Source of the DNA: a virus
Taxonomy: Duplodnaviria; Caudoviricetes
IMG/VR virus record: IMGVR_UViG_3300023180_000051
Location: 1,320-65,319 of that record
Strand: one strand, 5' to 3'
Length of the DNA: 64,000 nt
The notes beneath the pieces were generated by a model, which made no database searches, had not been told where the DNA came from, and saw only the letters and a program-made list of their open reading frames with translations. A program made the translations under genes and the position numbers. Every line of letters starts with the position of its first letter. Position 1 is the first letter of the stretch. Below, one piece after another: positions 51,601 to 60,614 of the stretch.

Positions 51601-54600
51601 ATAACATCATCATAATATCCAGGAGCATTGTTATAAATCCTGAAAGTAAACGCAACAGATTCATTGAAGTTGAATTCTGTTGAGGAGACAGAACCAAGTC
51701 CTTGTATTTCTCTAGTATTTTCTACTTTTTGAACAATTTGAGTAACAGTTCTTCTAGTATTTTCTACAGTAATTTTATTCTTGTTAGGATCCCATAATTG
51801 TACAATACTAAAATGACTAGACTTTGTTGTGTCAACTGGCATCTCAGTGCCAGAAGATGTCTCAATGTCAACTTGACCAAATAGTCTAAATCCAGCTGGA
51901 TGAGTTGTAGACTTGATTAAATCTCTCCATTGATCAATTGGAGTCTTAGATTTTACAACATAAGAATAATCTTGATAGAAGAAACTATCTAGTAATTTTT
52001 GATTTTCTGCACCAAGTCTACCTCTATCAGATTTGAAGTAACCGATATTATCATAAGAAGAAGTAATATTTTCTTTTAGTGTAGAAACAAATACAGATTT
52101 TACTGTACCAGTGCTGTTAGAAACAAGACCTGTAATACGTACATCTTCTCTAATAGTTCCAACAACGTTTTCTATTTTTAATAAATTTGATCCTACTCTC
52201 GATTCAGATACTCTTGCTCTTAGTACTTCTGTACCATTTACTGTTTGTACTACAGTCTCACCTTTTGCAAATGTTCCAATGGTTGGTGTTGTTAGTGAAA
52301 CGGTATATTTTGAAGTAAAATCTGAAGATATAGTTTTATCGAGGTGGAATGCTCCTCCATTTTGTATAATACTCACACTTTGAGGAATGCCAATAGTAGA
52401 ACTATCAACATATGCTTCTACATCACTTTCTATAATGTTTACTATTGGAGCATATGTATAGTTACGACCAGGATTTTTTACAGTTAGTGAAAATATTTTT
52501 CCATCAGAAGCAACTGCTTCAAATTCTACATCCTCACCATCTCCATCAACTACAACAACTTTTGGTTTTGAATAGTTAGACCCAACTGTATCAATATCAA
52601 TTCCTGTAATTAATTTTGTTTCTTCGTCAAATACAACTGTAGCAGTTGCTATAAAATTGGAGTTTGGATAAACACCAGTAATAATTGGTGTCTTTTTATA
52701 ATCTGATCCTAAATTGATAATTTTATATGAATTGATTTCACCAACGGCAAACTGTCCAGATGTGGTGTATGTAATAGTACCAGATCCATCCCAAAGTGGA
52801 GGAGAATCGATATCATATACAAATCTATTTGGAGTTACATAATTTACAGTTTTTTGTCCTTGTAAAGGATCTTGAACAATAGTCAAATACTTTCCATCAG
52901 AATCTACTATTCCATTTTTATCAAAGTAATAGAAATTGCTAAAATCTGTTCCTACTTTGTTGGTATATTGATTAGTTGCAATTCTAGAACCAAATCCAAA
53001 TTTTACTTCTGTATAAGATCCTGGATTTCCAGGTGCAATTGTTGATACTAATTTTTCTTCGGTAATTATGTTATAATTTTTACTTGGACTTACATCAAAA
53101 GAAATTCCATTCATTGATGGGTGGTAAGTGTCAAAAACATAACGATAATATTCTTGTATTTCAATAATAGGATTTACAACAAATACAGAGTCCACACCAT
53201 CTTGTCCGTTTTCATCACCTTCTGAAAATTCAAACTTATATTCAATTGGTTCTACTGACTTAACGGAAACAGTTCTGGATGGTTGACTTGCGTCAAAGAA
53301 AGATGTATTGATGTTTATAATTTCTGCATTTGATATACCAATATTGTAATTAAATACAATCAATGCTTTTTGTGTTGATTGATCATATGATTTTACATAT
53401 CCAGATCCAGAAGAATTTGATAATTGATAATTTTCTGGGAAATTATAACTTGCTTTGTATAAAGAGACTGGTTGATCGTTATAATGATCTGACTGTTCTG
53501 TATTCTCTCTTCCTGGCAAAACCGTTAGAGTTTTACCACTAATAGATGATACTTCAAGCACCTCATCCCCAACTTTAATCAAATCCCCTTCGACTAATCC
53601 AACAGAACTCGATACAATCAATCTGGTAGAACCTTTTCCATAACCAACATGATCAACATACAAAGTTAGTCTAGATGTGCTCTGTGATGCTAATGCTCTT
53701 CCTAATTGATCATCTTCAACACTAAGGTAATTTGCTTTAGTATATCCAGATCCTTTTGTTTCAATCTGAACATCAGAAACAATACCAGCAGAAGATACTG
53801 TTATATTAGCAGTAAGACCAGTACCATCTCCACCAGTAAGAGGAACATCAGTATATAAACCTGGGGTGTAGTCTGCACCACCATTTAGAATCTGGAATCT
53901 TCCTACACCAGTATCATCAATAGTAGTACTAAACTCTGGAGTTTTTAGAGTTATTTCTTGATATAACCTATTTCTTACAAAATATGTTTTTGTTTTCTCG
54001 CTATCATTTGGGAATATGTCAATACTAACACTGTCACCTATACCAAGACCATGATTTTCTGTAGTCTCTACTAAAGCGACACTTTGATTTACTTCAAATG
54101 GTTCTAGATTATCACTTAATGAAGTAAGAGTTACTACTCTTGAACCAGATGTATTGAAGAAATCATCGGACTGTAAAAAATAATCAAAATCTGGATCATT
54201 AAACTCTAACCAATCTCCAGATAATACTTTTATCTCTAGTGTGTTTTGCTGACTTGTTCCATTCAGAACTTCTCCTGTTGCTACAGCAGCATTGATACCA
54301 TCAGTGAGACTTACTGTAGCTCCTTTAGTAAAAGAACTTTTCTGATCTAGTAATAAGAAGAAGGTTTTGATATCAGCAGAAAATGTTCCTGTATTATCAA
54401 ACGTTCCTACAACATCTTTTAGAACAATAACATTATCATTCTCTATATTGCCTACAATAGTTCCAGAAGCTTGTGATGATGGTTGACGAAGAATATCATC
54501 AGTAAACAAGTAAGCATTTTGAATGGTAGTAAGTTTTACTACTTTGTTTTCGAAACTATCTAAGTATGATACAGTTTTACCTTTTACAGACTCTACTAAT

Positions 54601-57434
54601 GCTTCTGCACTATTACCAAAAGAACCTCTATTATCAAAATATACTCTTGAATTTACAGAAAAATTATCTGATGATTTTACACTAGTGATAGCATCTACAG
54701 TTCCAGATCTAACATCTGCAATTTGTGCAAATACTCCCTCGCCATTTCTTGGTATACCAGGAGAGAAAAATCTTTTTGCTCTTTTTGGTATTTCATTTTG
54801 TGTAATTGGAGAATCATAGTTACTAGAAACTGGCAATGAATAATAATTTTCTCCAATTAAATATGGGAACTGTGGTTCTTGGTTCTCATCAATCGTAATA
54901 AAGTACGCATACGTTCCTTCTGGATAATCAGGTGTTACACAGTATCTTCCATTATTTTCATCAAGTGTTCCTGATTTATGATTATAAGTGTAATCATTTA
55001 CAAATGTTCCTAATGGATAACTAGAAACAAGTGGTCCTTTAGATCTAGTGTTATTCAAACTGTAACTAGAAGTCATTCTAATTACATTGGAAACATCATC
55101 TAGGGGATCTTGATATCCAAATGGACCGTAGATAGGATTCCCATCATAAGCAAATCCTAGGATTGGGGAGTGGGTTTTTGTTGCTGGTTCAGTGTCACCA
55201 AGGTTCAAATTATCATTTTTAGATATTCTTAGTGATTTTGGATTTGCAACATATCCATATCCATATTCTAAAGAAGAAGTATAATTCTGAAAAAGATATC
55301 CATTTTCAGTGTCTAGATCATTCTTTAGTTTTTCGTATCTATTATAATTCCATTCTGTTAGAACTGGTTTTGCAGTAGCACCTGAACCAACAGGAATAAT
55401 ATCAACTCTTACCGTTTGTTGATTATAAAACTTTCCAGTTGCATTTTGAGTAAATCCTGTTATCTGTCCATTGGTATTAACAGTAGCAGTATAATCTGCA
55501 AATTTACCTCTACCATTTGAATCACTGATAACAACTAGTGGTGGAGAAGAATAGTATTCTCCAGGGTTATCAATTACCAAACTAGTAATTTCATCTCCAG
55601 TAACAATTGCACGAATAACTGCTCCTCTACCAGAAGTTACTTCTACTAAAGGATTTCTACGAAAAACTTCTGTAGTGTCTACAACATAACTTTCTACTAC
55701 AGATCCAGAAAGTATTGCTCTTGCTTTATTTGGAACTCCATCAAGTAAAACAAATGGTGGTTTTATATAACCACTACCTCTAACATCAACATCAATCGAT
55801 TCTAAGATACCATAACGAATACTTTCGGTATCTTTATAACTATATGTTCTTATACCATTTAGAAGTATGCCAGTATCAACCTTTGGAGTTTTGTACTTTT
55901 CTGTAGTTCTGATTGCATTCTTTCTAATAATGCGAAGAATATTTTGATCTAAAAGGGTTTCAGATACATCAGAACCAGTCAAGATATCATGTGATGGAAA
56001 TCCTGAAGATGTGATATAATAATATTGATCATCTGCAAAAATAGCAGAAACATCAGTAGACAAATCATCAACTGATTGTTGTAAAGTTGTGTTTGTAGGA
56101 ATACTTACATTTTGATTATTGTAAAGAACCCATCTAGAAACATTTGTACCAGAGTTTACAATTTTGGGGTCCGATGTTTCAAATCCAGGATTAGATACTT
56201 GTACCTGATCTCCTTCAAATGAATGTGGTTGACCATCAGTAATATCAAAATTATATACAATACCGAGAGAAAGCAATTCAACATTGCCCGAAGATAAGAT
56301 AACTGGTTTATATACAGAATCTCCTTCTGAATGATTATATGTAATGTTTCCTCTTTTTTTGATGGTAAACTGAGTTACATTTTTTTCTTCAAATGTAATG
56401 ACTTCAGATCCAATTAAAATACTTCCTGTATTTTCCCATCCAACAGTAGAGAATACATTTACACGTTTTCCAACACCATCATTTTGACTTAGATTTCTTG
56501 TTAGTGTTGTTTTTGTCGAAACAGCAAATTTTCCAGTTACAGTCTCTGGTGCTAAAATAATATCCCAAATTTGTTCGCCATCATAATTACCAGATTCTTT
56601 TACATTATCTACAACTGCAGAAATAAATCCATATTCTTCAGTCTCTGGTTGAACAATTCTTTGACCTACTAAAGATTTTGGATCTCCACTCAAAACTTTT
56701 ACTTTGATGGCATATGCACTAATCCAATCAGATTTTGAAACCTTATATGTAAAATCTTTAGGATTGTATACTTCTGGAGAATCATTAGGTTCTCTAGAAA
56801 CAATAGTATTGAATATAAATTTGATAGAACTCGCAGTTCCTTTTGATTTGTAGAACTTTTGAATGTTTTTGATAAGAGTTCTCTTATCTACTTCACCTTT
56901 AAGATACTTTTCTGGGAATGATCCTAAGTATTGAGATTCAAAGTTTTTTACAAATGCATAAAGAAATAAATTGCTTATATTATAAACAGTTGCCCCAGAG
57001 TAATGAGCACCTGCATCAGTGCTTTGAAAATTGCTAGAAGAATACAGATCTCCTAGTTTAGTATTTCCACTAACACCTCTAAAACACTCTTGTAACTCAT
57101 TTCCTACTTTGGATGCATAAAATATAATTTCATCATTAATTCTTACATAACCATTTTTTTCTGGAAATGATGATGCATCCTCTAATGTAATAGAAGTATC
57201 AGTTTCGCTTATGTTTCCAACCAAAACATCATTTTGCTTGAGAATATCCTTCTCATAAAAATCAATATCTAAGTAAGTTGAAAGATTATTAGCAATGTCT
57301 AAAGGACCGCCTTGAACTTCTTGTGATTCATAATACTTCTCTACAAACCTAGCAAAAAGTTCGTACTCATCAGAAATAAATGAAGGAAGTTGAGACTCAA
57401 TTAGAGTTGAAATTCTCTTAGTCTTAGCAGGCAT
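45690..57434 (-). CDS. gp7: Baseplate wedge initiator (3914 aa), with YHYH-like domain and C-terminal spike/lectin-like domain
   Basis: ISTLIESQLP.F..FV..YY.SQE, LIKNI..FYKSKGT..S, DSFFYQDYSYVVKS..W...HPAGF..FG; located between gp6 and gp8. Confidence 0.88.
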   Translation of the reverse strand: MPAKTKRISTLIESQLPSFISDEYELFARFVEKYYESQEVQGGPLDIANNLSTYLDIDFYEKDILKQNDVLVGNISETDTSITLEDASSFPEKNGYVRINDEIIFYASKVGNELQECFRGVSGNTKLGDLYSSSNFQSTDAGAHYSGATVYNISNLFLYAFVKNFESQYLGSFPEKYLKGEVDKRTLIKNIQKFYKSKGTASSIKFIFNTIVSREPNDSPEVYNPKDFTYKVSKSDWISAYAIKVKVLSGDPKSLVGQRIVQPETEEYGFISAVVDNVKESGNYDGEQIWDIILAPETVTGKFAVSTKTTLTRNLSQNDGVGKRVNVFSTVGWENTGSILIGSEVITFEEKNVTQFTIKKRGNITYNHSEGDSVYKPVILSSGNVELLSLGIVYNFDITDGQPHSFEGDQVQVSNPGFETSDPKIVNSGTNVSRWVLYNNQNVSIPTNTTLQQSVDDLSTDVSAIFADDQYYYITSSGFPSHDILTGSDVSETLLDQNILRIIRKNAIRTTEKYKTPKVDTGILLNGIRTYSYKDTESIRYGILESIDVDVRGSGYIKPPFVLLDGVPNKARAILSGSVVESYVVDTTEVFRRNPLVEVTSGRGAVIRAIVTGDEITSLVIDNPGEYYSSPPLVVISDSNGRGKFADYTATVNTNGQITGFTQNATGKFYNQQTVRVDIIPVGSGATAKPVLTEWNYNRYEKLKNDLDTENGYLFQNYTSSLEYGYGYVANPKSLRISKNDNLNLGDTEPATKTHSPILGFAYDGNPIYGPFGYQDPLDDVSNVIRMTSSYSLNNTRSKGPLVSSYPLGTFVNDYTYNHKSGTLDENNGRYCVTPDYPEGTYAYFITIDENQEPQFPYLIGENYYSLPVSSNYDSPITQNEIPKRAKRFFSPGIPRNGEGVFAQIADVRSGTVDAITSVKSSDNFSVNSRVYFDNRGSFGNSAEALVESVKGKTVSYLDSFENKVVKLTTIQNAYLFTDDILRQPSSQASGTIVGNIENDNVIVLKDVVGTFDNTGTFSADIKTFFLLLDQKSSFTKGATVSLTDGINAAVATGEVLNGTSQQNTLEIKVLSGDWLEFNDPDFDYFLQSDDFFNTSGSRVVTLTSLSDNLEPFEVNQSVALVETTENHGLGIGDSVSIDIFPNDSEKTKTYFVRNRLYQEITLKTPEFSTTIDDTGVGRFQILNGGADYTPGLYTDVPLTGGDGTGLTANITVSSAGIVSDVQIETKGSGYTKANYLSVEDDQLGRALASQSTSRLTLYVDHVGYGKGSTRLIVSSSVGLVEGDLIKVGDEVLEVSSISGKTLTVLPGRENTEQSDHYNDQPVSLYKASYNFPENYQLSNSSGSGYVKSYDQSTQKALIVFNYNIGISNAEIININTSFFDASQPSRTVSVKSVEPIEYKFEFSEGDENGQDGVDSVFVVNPIIEIQEYYRYVFDTYHPSMNGISFDVSPSKNYNIITEEKLVSTIAPGNPGSYTEVKFGFGSRIATNQYTNKVGTDFSNFYYFDKNGIVDSDGKYLTIVQDPLQGQKTVNYVTPNRFVYDIDSPPLWDGSGTITYTTSGQFAVGEINSYKIINLGSDYKKTPIITGVYPNSNFIATATVVFDEETKLITGIDIDTVGSNYSKPKVVVVDGDGEDVEFEAVASDGKIFSLTVKNPGRNYTYAPIVNIIESDVEAYVDSSTIGIPQSVSIIQNGGAFHLDKTISSDFTSKYTVSLTTPTIGTFAKGETVVQTVNGTEVLRARVSESRVGSNLLKIENVVGTIREDVRITGLVSNSTGTVKSVFVSTLKENITSSYDNIGYFKSDRGRLGAENQKLLDSFFYQDYSYVVKSKTPIDQWRDLIKSTTHPAGFRLFGQVDIETSSGTEMPVDTTKSSHFSIVQLWDPNKNKITVENTRRTVTQIVQKVENTREIQGLGSVSSTEFNFNESVAFTFRIYNNAPGYYDDVIADGKSWWSKNSFDGYYDNDGRLQGTTTFQLRNNNDQIFTPPSAKNLVVTLDGVLQEPEVAYTISGNNIIFSQPPLGPNQKLTGANLSETTDYSGVTFYGRYFSFKDSQYNNKHFRKLRNIFQRSGRWLDAANQIERNIEFIVGESVGYGREIYPSLDWSTKLDDYQDNIRNILDAYQHDIRFGGNVKTADYSQIFVDDSDFSYLTTNKTESLDIFRYATNLARLAVRNWDLTLEVNYLQGSFKLSVESTKDLAVGMHISSGQAYPAGTKIVAIDSETQVTLSNAALSNSGGGGGAPVGDTILDGDTDGDAIVPTSTLIIEPGTTYTVNEGDTVGVPSSFSGAATATFFFSRINSGRYYDASDLIEANREWIAAQSLCDAEVEEAFPTSYTYWYENPRDFWNPVLKYIDAVVYHLRYGGNKDVAEYSYTADFTPPSALLYAPYSLAESLVDSEDFILQHSTIVKTALSKATDYMIQAMRNTLSGRPPSDNNWSSFVPDAYQDPEVIVDTQIPVCADVASTLNTFRDILEETLQGNYTTEIVPANDTKTGYWTSLKPYVNYTLIPDPNLPYNGECDDVVSSIDSLYDNLDDIFNGVSYTRSLPDYIDGENKIFELYWEDGSGVFTEEDEDLFVTINAVLQRPKYNADYPGEDSYYIDRTTVPNKIVFDVAPIWDQDFGAKSIGEPTAVENVIGIGVGNYKRLTIDKSLLDGTRVGPFLILDVEDNTVTNIEEKEYLYVFVDGILQREGYSYTVVGPNIYFNVPIKEEMNIDMRLLYGREVGQLLNLYDFEPDSYYAYGELALQATNTVLDQIESNVWRGDEAGKRIHCLQYNQDTTYNVIGELYNSYRTDGELTYRVKSQSSKFIEEQDIIFAIAGSYDTRITIPWSDFSSVTLSYEEDEVGRKITKTDNIWYGTSLRRSYRSPFVNLATGDQIKIDGQDKFRKIKTLPSTATSKEGRRNEQITNNIFGTVSVESYAGITRGEGLSVVAIMETVDDGNGNEVLTGRIERLEWNQRSYEPITQPTAYQYYTPPILEFEPQNGDGGGARALVSVSKGQVVSVDLINPGSGYTKAPIVRVARNYTVLKDRDIGVSLINNSFEVSLSPFSLVVSYSLDITLEGQGDLVTSSAFVQMPGEDETLNNLENRLITLFVKKDVDVSDLILSKQITIIPATSVDTVTIPQPTKNSYAISVLELERPAALSESIVTDIRNREFVSVINTVITNPLLSNVNQYEVGAYLDIDALLTDTILYIPDTTKFSSNGILLVGDEIVRYSRKLSDRFLDVERAQKGTTAQFWPAGTFLRQIPDLVSVAFGGVASIQSESSVSFDATSAKIEIVFNYEFGDNEDSIVTLEEPTKNSEAVRFLPGSGIYDRYVETIYMSEDILTRSGIITGVDVTVVEQRSNTVTVRNIEFGSDDYFVGNYEPFNAGPNIGNLDTVSWDSGESFVSGVSIEEYELHYNSLTIQDFTDRKLSSYTISRDYVNLVNPSIQNPVQHVAGGTPIGSSVNVHSTHFFPSSGYFYHSDGTDYGIVYYGSKTSSSFEDCVNYRGNFAIGPNSDIIPYTGSESSFVTPVYQEPQLDLNFANAKSLNNQVTNSNPITFSRNSIATYVDENGIIQTAQANEARFTHDSNGNSLGLLVEEERTNYVSNSLNSDFLYTSPKQFYELGFGGFSMPAGTNHNLWNRSNLDQYGVWWTVTFYLYDTADNDVKDYLVVASQYSSTTSRSTTVDGITLTATGQNALDPTITNLGGGLYKCTAIVRNGNAGATPSIYVRALGTFSGGEKSLVSHIQAERGRFPTSYIPTSGSTVTRQRDAVNILGTSFTALGFNGEQGTFYLEHEALEGTNNDGTNENTLLYNVGANGNLGTFYNTKSDTQDIFVFGSDYGSAIRIAQTQTIDRNKVAFSYDAPVASYGAYIDGVAQTNVTDTNPYQVSTYNQFNIAPFVDKPFSGTIGRLIYWSTKVDDNQVELITT

Positions 57435-57438
57435 TTAC

Positions 57439-59235
57439 TTACTCTTTGTATGCAGTGAACGATGAATTAGCAACATCAACATCAAGATATACCTCACGGA
57501 GTGCCTTGACATCATTAGACAATGGTTTTACCCTAACAGAAATTCTATTATCAAAGAAACTACCTTTGATAATAGTCAAAGCGTACATTTTTAATTCGCC
57601 TTTTTCATAATCAATATCACCAACTTCGCTGTCAAGAACAACTTTCTCGCCAGTTACGCTATCTAGTCTATATAGGACAATTTTACCATCCCTATCTTCG
57701 AGATAAACATCAAAGTTAGGATACTCAGTAACCCTAAAACCAGTTGTAGAAAGGGTTGGTCCTTCGCAATCTTTATCAAATGCATTTTGATAACAAATTT
57801 CATAATAGAAGGTAGAATTTAACTGAGGATAAAAATCTTTCCTCATTGTTATCTCAGTTAGGTTTGAATTTACAGAGACATCAGAGTCATCAATTACACC
57901 AATAAATTTACTGTATCTGAACTTGCCATTAAACTTTTCAGTGTTTGAATTGTCCAAATATGACTGTACTGATCCTATTGCCATATCTCTAATTTGAGAT
58001 GGAGTTTTATCTGTTTTATTTTTGTCATAGTAAATCTTACTAGACATCTCAATATAAAGTATGGAGGGATCGATAATTACTGGTTCGATAGACGCTACAA
58101 CATATTTTTGTAACTCTTCTACAATTTGATTTTTTGTAAAAGAAGTTAGATAAGAAGCATCAGATGGTTTTAGTACAATAAAAACTTTTCCATATTCTGG
58201 TGGATCTTGATCCTCGCCACCAAAAATAATAATATCACTTACTGCTGGATATATCTTACGGACAATAGCACCATAGTCATCTGCTGTTACTGCTCTATCT
58301 TGTGCTCCATAAGATTTTGGAGCATTGAACTTAATCTTCTTGATAGATTCTACTTCCTCACCACCAGAAGAAGCAACCGTTGAGTTTATAGTAACTGTGT
58401 AGTTGTTTGGTGATACTCCTTCTGGATTTTCGAGAACACCAGAGAAAACAAATGTTTTCACTCCATTTGACTCTGGTCCATTTGTTGTAATATACGAAAT
58501 TTCAATTCGTGATCCGTTTTCTAGTTTTTTCCCTAAAATACCATCACCAAAAATAATTTCATATCTTTCATCTTCAATTTCATCTAAGAAAAATATTTTT
58601 GATTCTGAATTAGCATCAAGAATATTATCGGAAACAGTGTAAGGTTCGCTAAAACTACCACCAGTAGGAAATACTTCTATTCGGATAGTGTTAGTATCAA
58701 TGTTCTTGTTATCTAATATAAATCTTTGTGACTGTAACGAACTATTTACAGTAAATGTATTTGTTACAAATGTTCCTTCTCTTACAGGAATATTTTCAAA
58801 TATTGCTTGATCATTTGATACCTGTGCTTTCACATTTTCAGTTACAACATATTGATATATTGAATTATCATATGAAGCAATGAATCCTGTTCCTTTCTTC
58901 AGTGAAAGTTCAGTATCAGTTGTTGAGTTGCCATATGCAACTGCAAATGATACATATGCTGTCGGAGACGTGATCGACTTGGGTCTGTACCCTAATTGCT
59001 TCGCTAAGGCGACCACGTTGTCCCTGAGGGTGGCAGAATCAATGAATAGTTCATTGACTACCATATTAGTGTTAAACGCCGTATAATAAGTGTTGTAGGC
59101 GAGTGTGTCTATTAGAGTCGCTAATGCACTGCCCTCAAAGTCATAGTCAGTAAAATCTGACTGTGCTCTCATGTATTCTCTGAGAACAGCTTTGATATCA
59201 GCAAAGTCTAAATTGGCAACCTGAGTGTAAGGCAT
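57439..59235 (-). CDS. gp6: Baseplate wedge subunit
   Basis: LDFADIK..FTDYDFEGS..LAYNTYY..NELFIDSATLR, AQDRAVTADDY and GGEDQDPPEYGKVFI. Confidence 0.95.
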   Translation of the reverse strand: MPYTQVANLDFADIKAVLREYMRAQSDFTDYDFEGSALATLIDTLAYNTYYTAFNTNMVVNELFIDSATLRDNVVALAKQLGYRPKSITSPTAYVSFAVAYGNSTTDTELSLKKGTGFIASYDNSIYQYVVTENVKAQVSNDQAIFENIPVREGTFVTNTFTVNSSLQSQRFILDNKNIDTNTIRIEVFPTGGSFSEPYTVSDNILDANSESKIFFLDEIEDERYEIIFGDGILGKKLENGSRIEISYITTNGPESNGVKTFVFSGVLENPEGVSPNNYTVTINSTVASSGGEEVESIKKIKFNAPKSYGAQDRAVTADDYGAIVRKIYPAVSDIIIFGGEDQDPPEYGKVFIVLKPSDASYLTSFTKNQIVEELQKYVVASIEPVIIDPSILYIEMSSKIYYDKNKTDKTPSQIRDMAIGSVQSYLDNSNTEKFNGKFRYSKFIGVIDDSDVSVNSNLTEITMRKDFYPQLNSTFYYEICYQNAFDKDCEGPTLSTTGFRVTEYPNFDVYLEDRDGKIVLYRLDSVTGEKVVLDSEVGDIDYEKGELKMYALTIIKGSFFDNRISVRVKPLSNDVKALREVYLDVDVANSSFTAYKE

Positions 59236-59627
59236 TATCGTGTACGCTCTAGAACGAATTCTACTGCTATTGTCTGATCATCACGACCAATAATCTTATA
59301 TTCCAACTCAACATTATATCCATTATTCACGGAGTCTGGAAATACACCAATATTTTGAACTACAATTCTTGGTTCATATCTTTTTAGTGTTGAGAGAATT
59401 TCTCCTCTAACAATACCAGCAGAACCAAAATCTAATGGTTCAAATAAAACTCGCTTGATATTAGATCCCAAATCAGGTTGAAATGGTCTTTCTCCTTTAT
59501 TAGTAAGAAGTAAGGCAGTGATCGCTTGTGAAATCGCTGCCTTATCCTTAATAGTTACCAAGTCATCCGTAACTGGATGTTTCTTGAATGTAACACTCAG
59601 ATCCTTAAATGTCTGAAAGGTAGGCAT
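59235..59627 (-). CDS. gp25: Baseplate wedge subunit / sheath initiator
   Basis: FKDLS..F..HPVT.D, LLLT..GERPFQP.LGS and YEPRI motifs. Confidence 0.95.
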   Translation of the reverse strand: MPTFQTFKDLSVTFKKHPVTDDLVTIKDKAAISQAITALLLTNKGERPFQPDLGSNIKRVLFEPLDFGSAGIVRGEILSTLKRYEPRIVVQNIGVFPDSVNNGYNVELEYKIIGRDDQTIAVEFVLERTR

Positions 59628-59651
59628 TTAGACACAGCAATAGGCTGTTTC

Positions 59652-59659
59652 TATTTATC
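59652..59659 (-). promoter_or_regulatory. T4-type late promoter (GATAAATA) for gp25
   Basis: NATAAATA box about 24 nt upstream of the gp25 ATG. Confidence 0.7.
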
Positions 59660-59875
59660 TCACTCGTGCCAACGCTCGACATAATCATCAAATCCGCCCG
59701 CGCCTCCACAAGGGCGTTCTAGACGGTCTTCGGGAAGAGGGTATAGTTCTTCCTTCTTCTGTGCTCTACGCTTCCTTGCAGCGGCATCTAGAAGACGATC
59801 ACTGTCTGTTTCGGTGATCAGTGTCATACCTTCTTGTACAAACTCTTCACTTTTGTCTACAGGAAATAGTCCCAT
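59660..59875 (-). CDS. Small hypothetical protein
   Basis: 71 aa PVDKS..F..EGMTLITETDS; SD GGAG upstream. Confidence 0.75.
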   Translation of the reverse strand: MGLFPVDKSEEFVQEGMTLITETDSDRLLDAAARKRRAQKKEELYPLPEDRLERPCGGAGGFDDYVERWHE

Positions 59876-59941
59876 TGGTTTTCTCCGTTAGAAAGTTTTA
59901 TTAGAACTTTTTACGGGGTTACTATCCCTCTCGCTCGGCGC

Positions 59942-60445
59942 TTAGGTCCAATGATTATTTGGTCTCTCCCACCAGAAATGTAAATCTTCACCATTGTCAT
60001 CATAATACAATGAGACCAGATCACTCTTATATTTACTATGAATATTCTCACATAGAGATAAAGTGTAGTAATTCTTCTCGGAGAACTTTTCCATACTCTG
60101 AGTAATCCAAGTATAGTTCCCACCTCTGATAACACCTGCCTCACAAAGTACAAAGTTATCCCAATCCAATACCCATTCCGCAAAATTCAACTCAAAGTTA
60201 ATCATGTACTCGGAAGGGTTTTCATCAGGAAATGGCACATTGACTGCCTCTATATGAAAAATCTCCCGATCCATTGATAATGAATGCGAGAGATGTTGTG
60301 TAACAATACTAGAGTAATCAGGAGAAACACACAAAAAACATGTCTTGCTGGGGTGAATATCCCAACCTGACATTTGAATTTTGTATGACATCTCCTGAAT
60401 GAGTGCCATCTCTTTATCCTGTGAGATGAACAGTAAATCTTTCAT
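59942..60445 (-). CDS. Phosphoribosyltransferase-fold protein (degenerate PRPP loop)
   Basis: FVLCEAGVIRGGNY resembles the type I PRTase loop (hhhhDDhhxxGxT); C-terminal LHFWWE resembles the FPWE end of Gpt-like enzymes. Confidence 0.5.
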   Translation of the reverse strand: MKDLLFISQDKEMALIQEMSYKIQMSGWDIHPSKTCFLCVSPDYSSIVTQHLSHSLSMDREIFHIEAVNVPFPDENPSEYMINFELNFAEWVLDWDNFVLCEAGVIRGGNYTWITQSMEKFSEKNYYTLSLCENIHSKYKSDLVSLYYDDNGEDLHFWWERPNNHWT

Positions 60446-60591
60446 TACTTGCCTTGACCGCGATATTTTTTACGTGCCTTATTACGAGAGGTAGCAGCAT
60501 ACTTTGTATTCTTGCTCTTGCCCTGACGAGTACACTTAGGAGTGGACTCAATCATTTGCTGACCACTTAGACCAATTTTACTTCGTGCCAT
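60445..60591 (-). CDS. Small highly basic protein (48 aa), not in ORF track
   Basis: MARSKIGLSGQQMIESTPKCTRQGKSKNTKYAATSRNKARKKYRGQGK; TAATG-coupled to the next gene and preceded by a promoter. Confidence 0.8.
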   Translation of the reverse strand: MARSKIGLSGQQMIESTPKCTRQGKSKNTKYAATSRNKARKKYRGQGK

Positions 60592-60614
60592 ATGTTTTCC
60601 AAAAAGACTTTATT

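Noticed and set aside
4326-51697. Short minus-strand alternate-frame ORFs nested in big genes (e.g. 18696-19013, 29486-29848)
   Set aside because: Their L/M/I/Q-rich composition is typical of off-frame readings of the real gene; there is no independent evidence.
14425-57434. Inteins, introns or homing endonucleases explaining the giant ORFs
   Set aside because: No C...HN splice motifs and no LAGLIDADG, HNH or GIY-YIG signatures were recognised; the frames are continuous.
672-59086. Numerous 60-156-aa plus-strand ORFs in the track (e.g. 6440-6841, 38584-39054)
   Set aside because: They are antisense shadows of long minus-strand genes with biased codon usage, and show no recognisable motifs or expression signals.
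59911-60183. 90-aa alternate-frame ORF
   Set aside because: It overlaps the better-supported 167-aa gene and has no motif.
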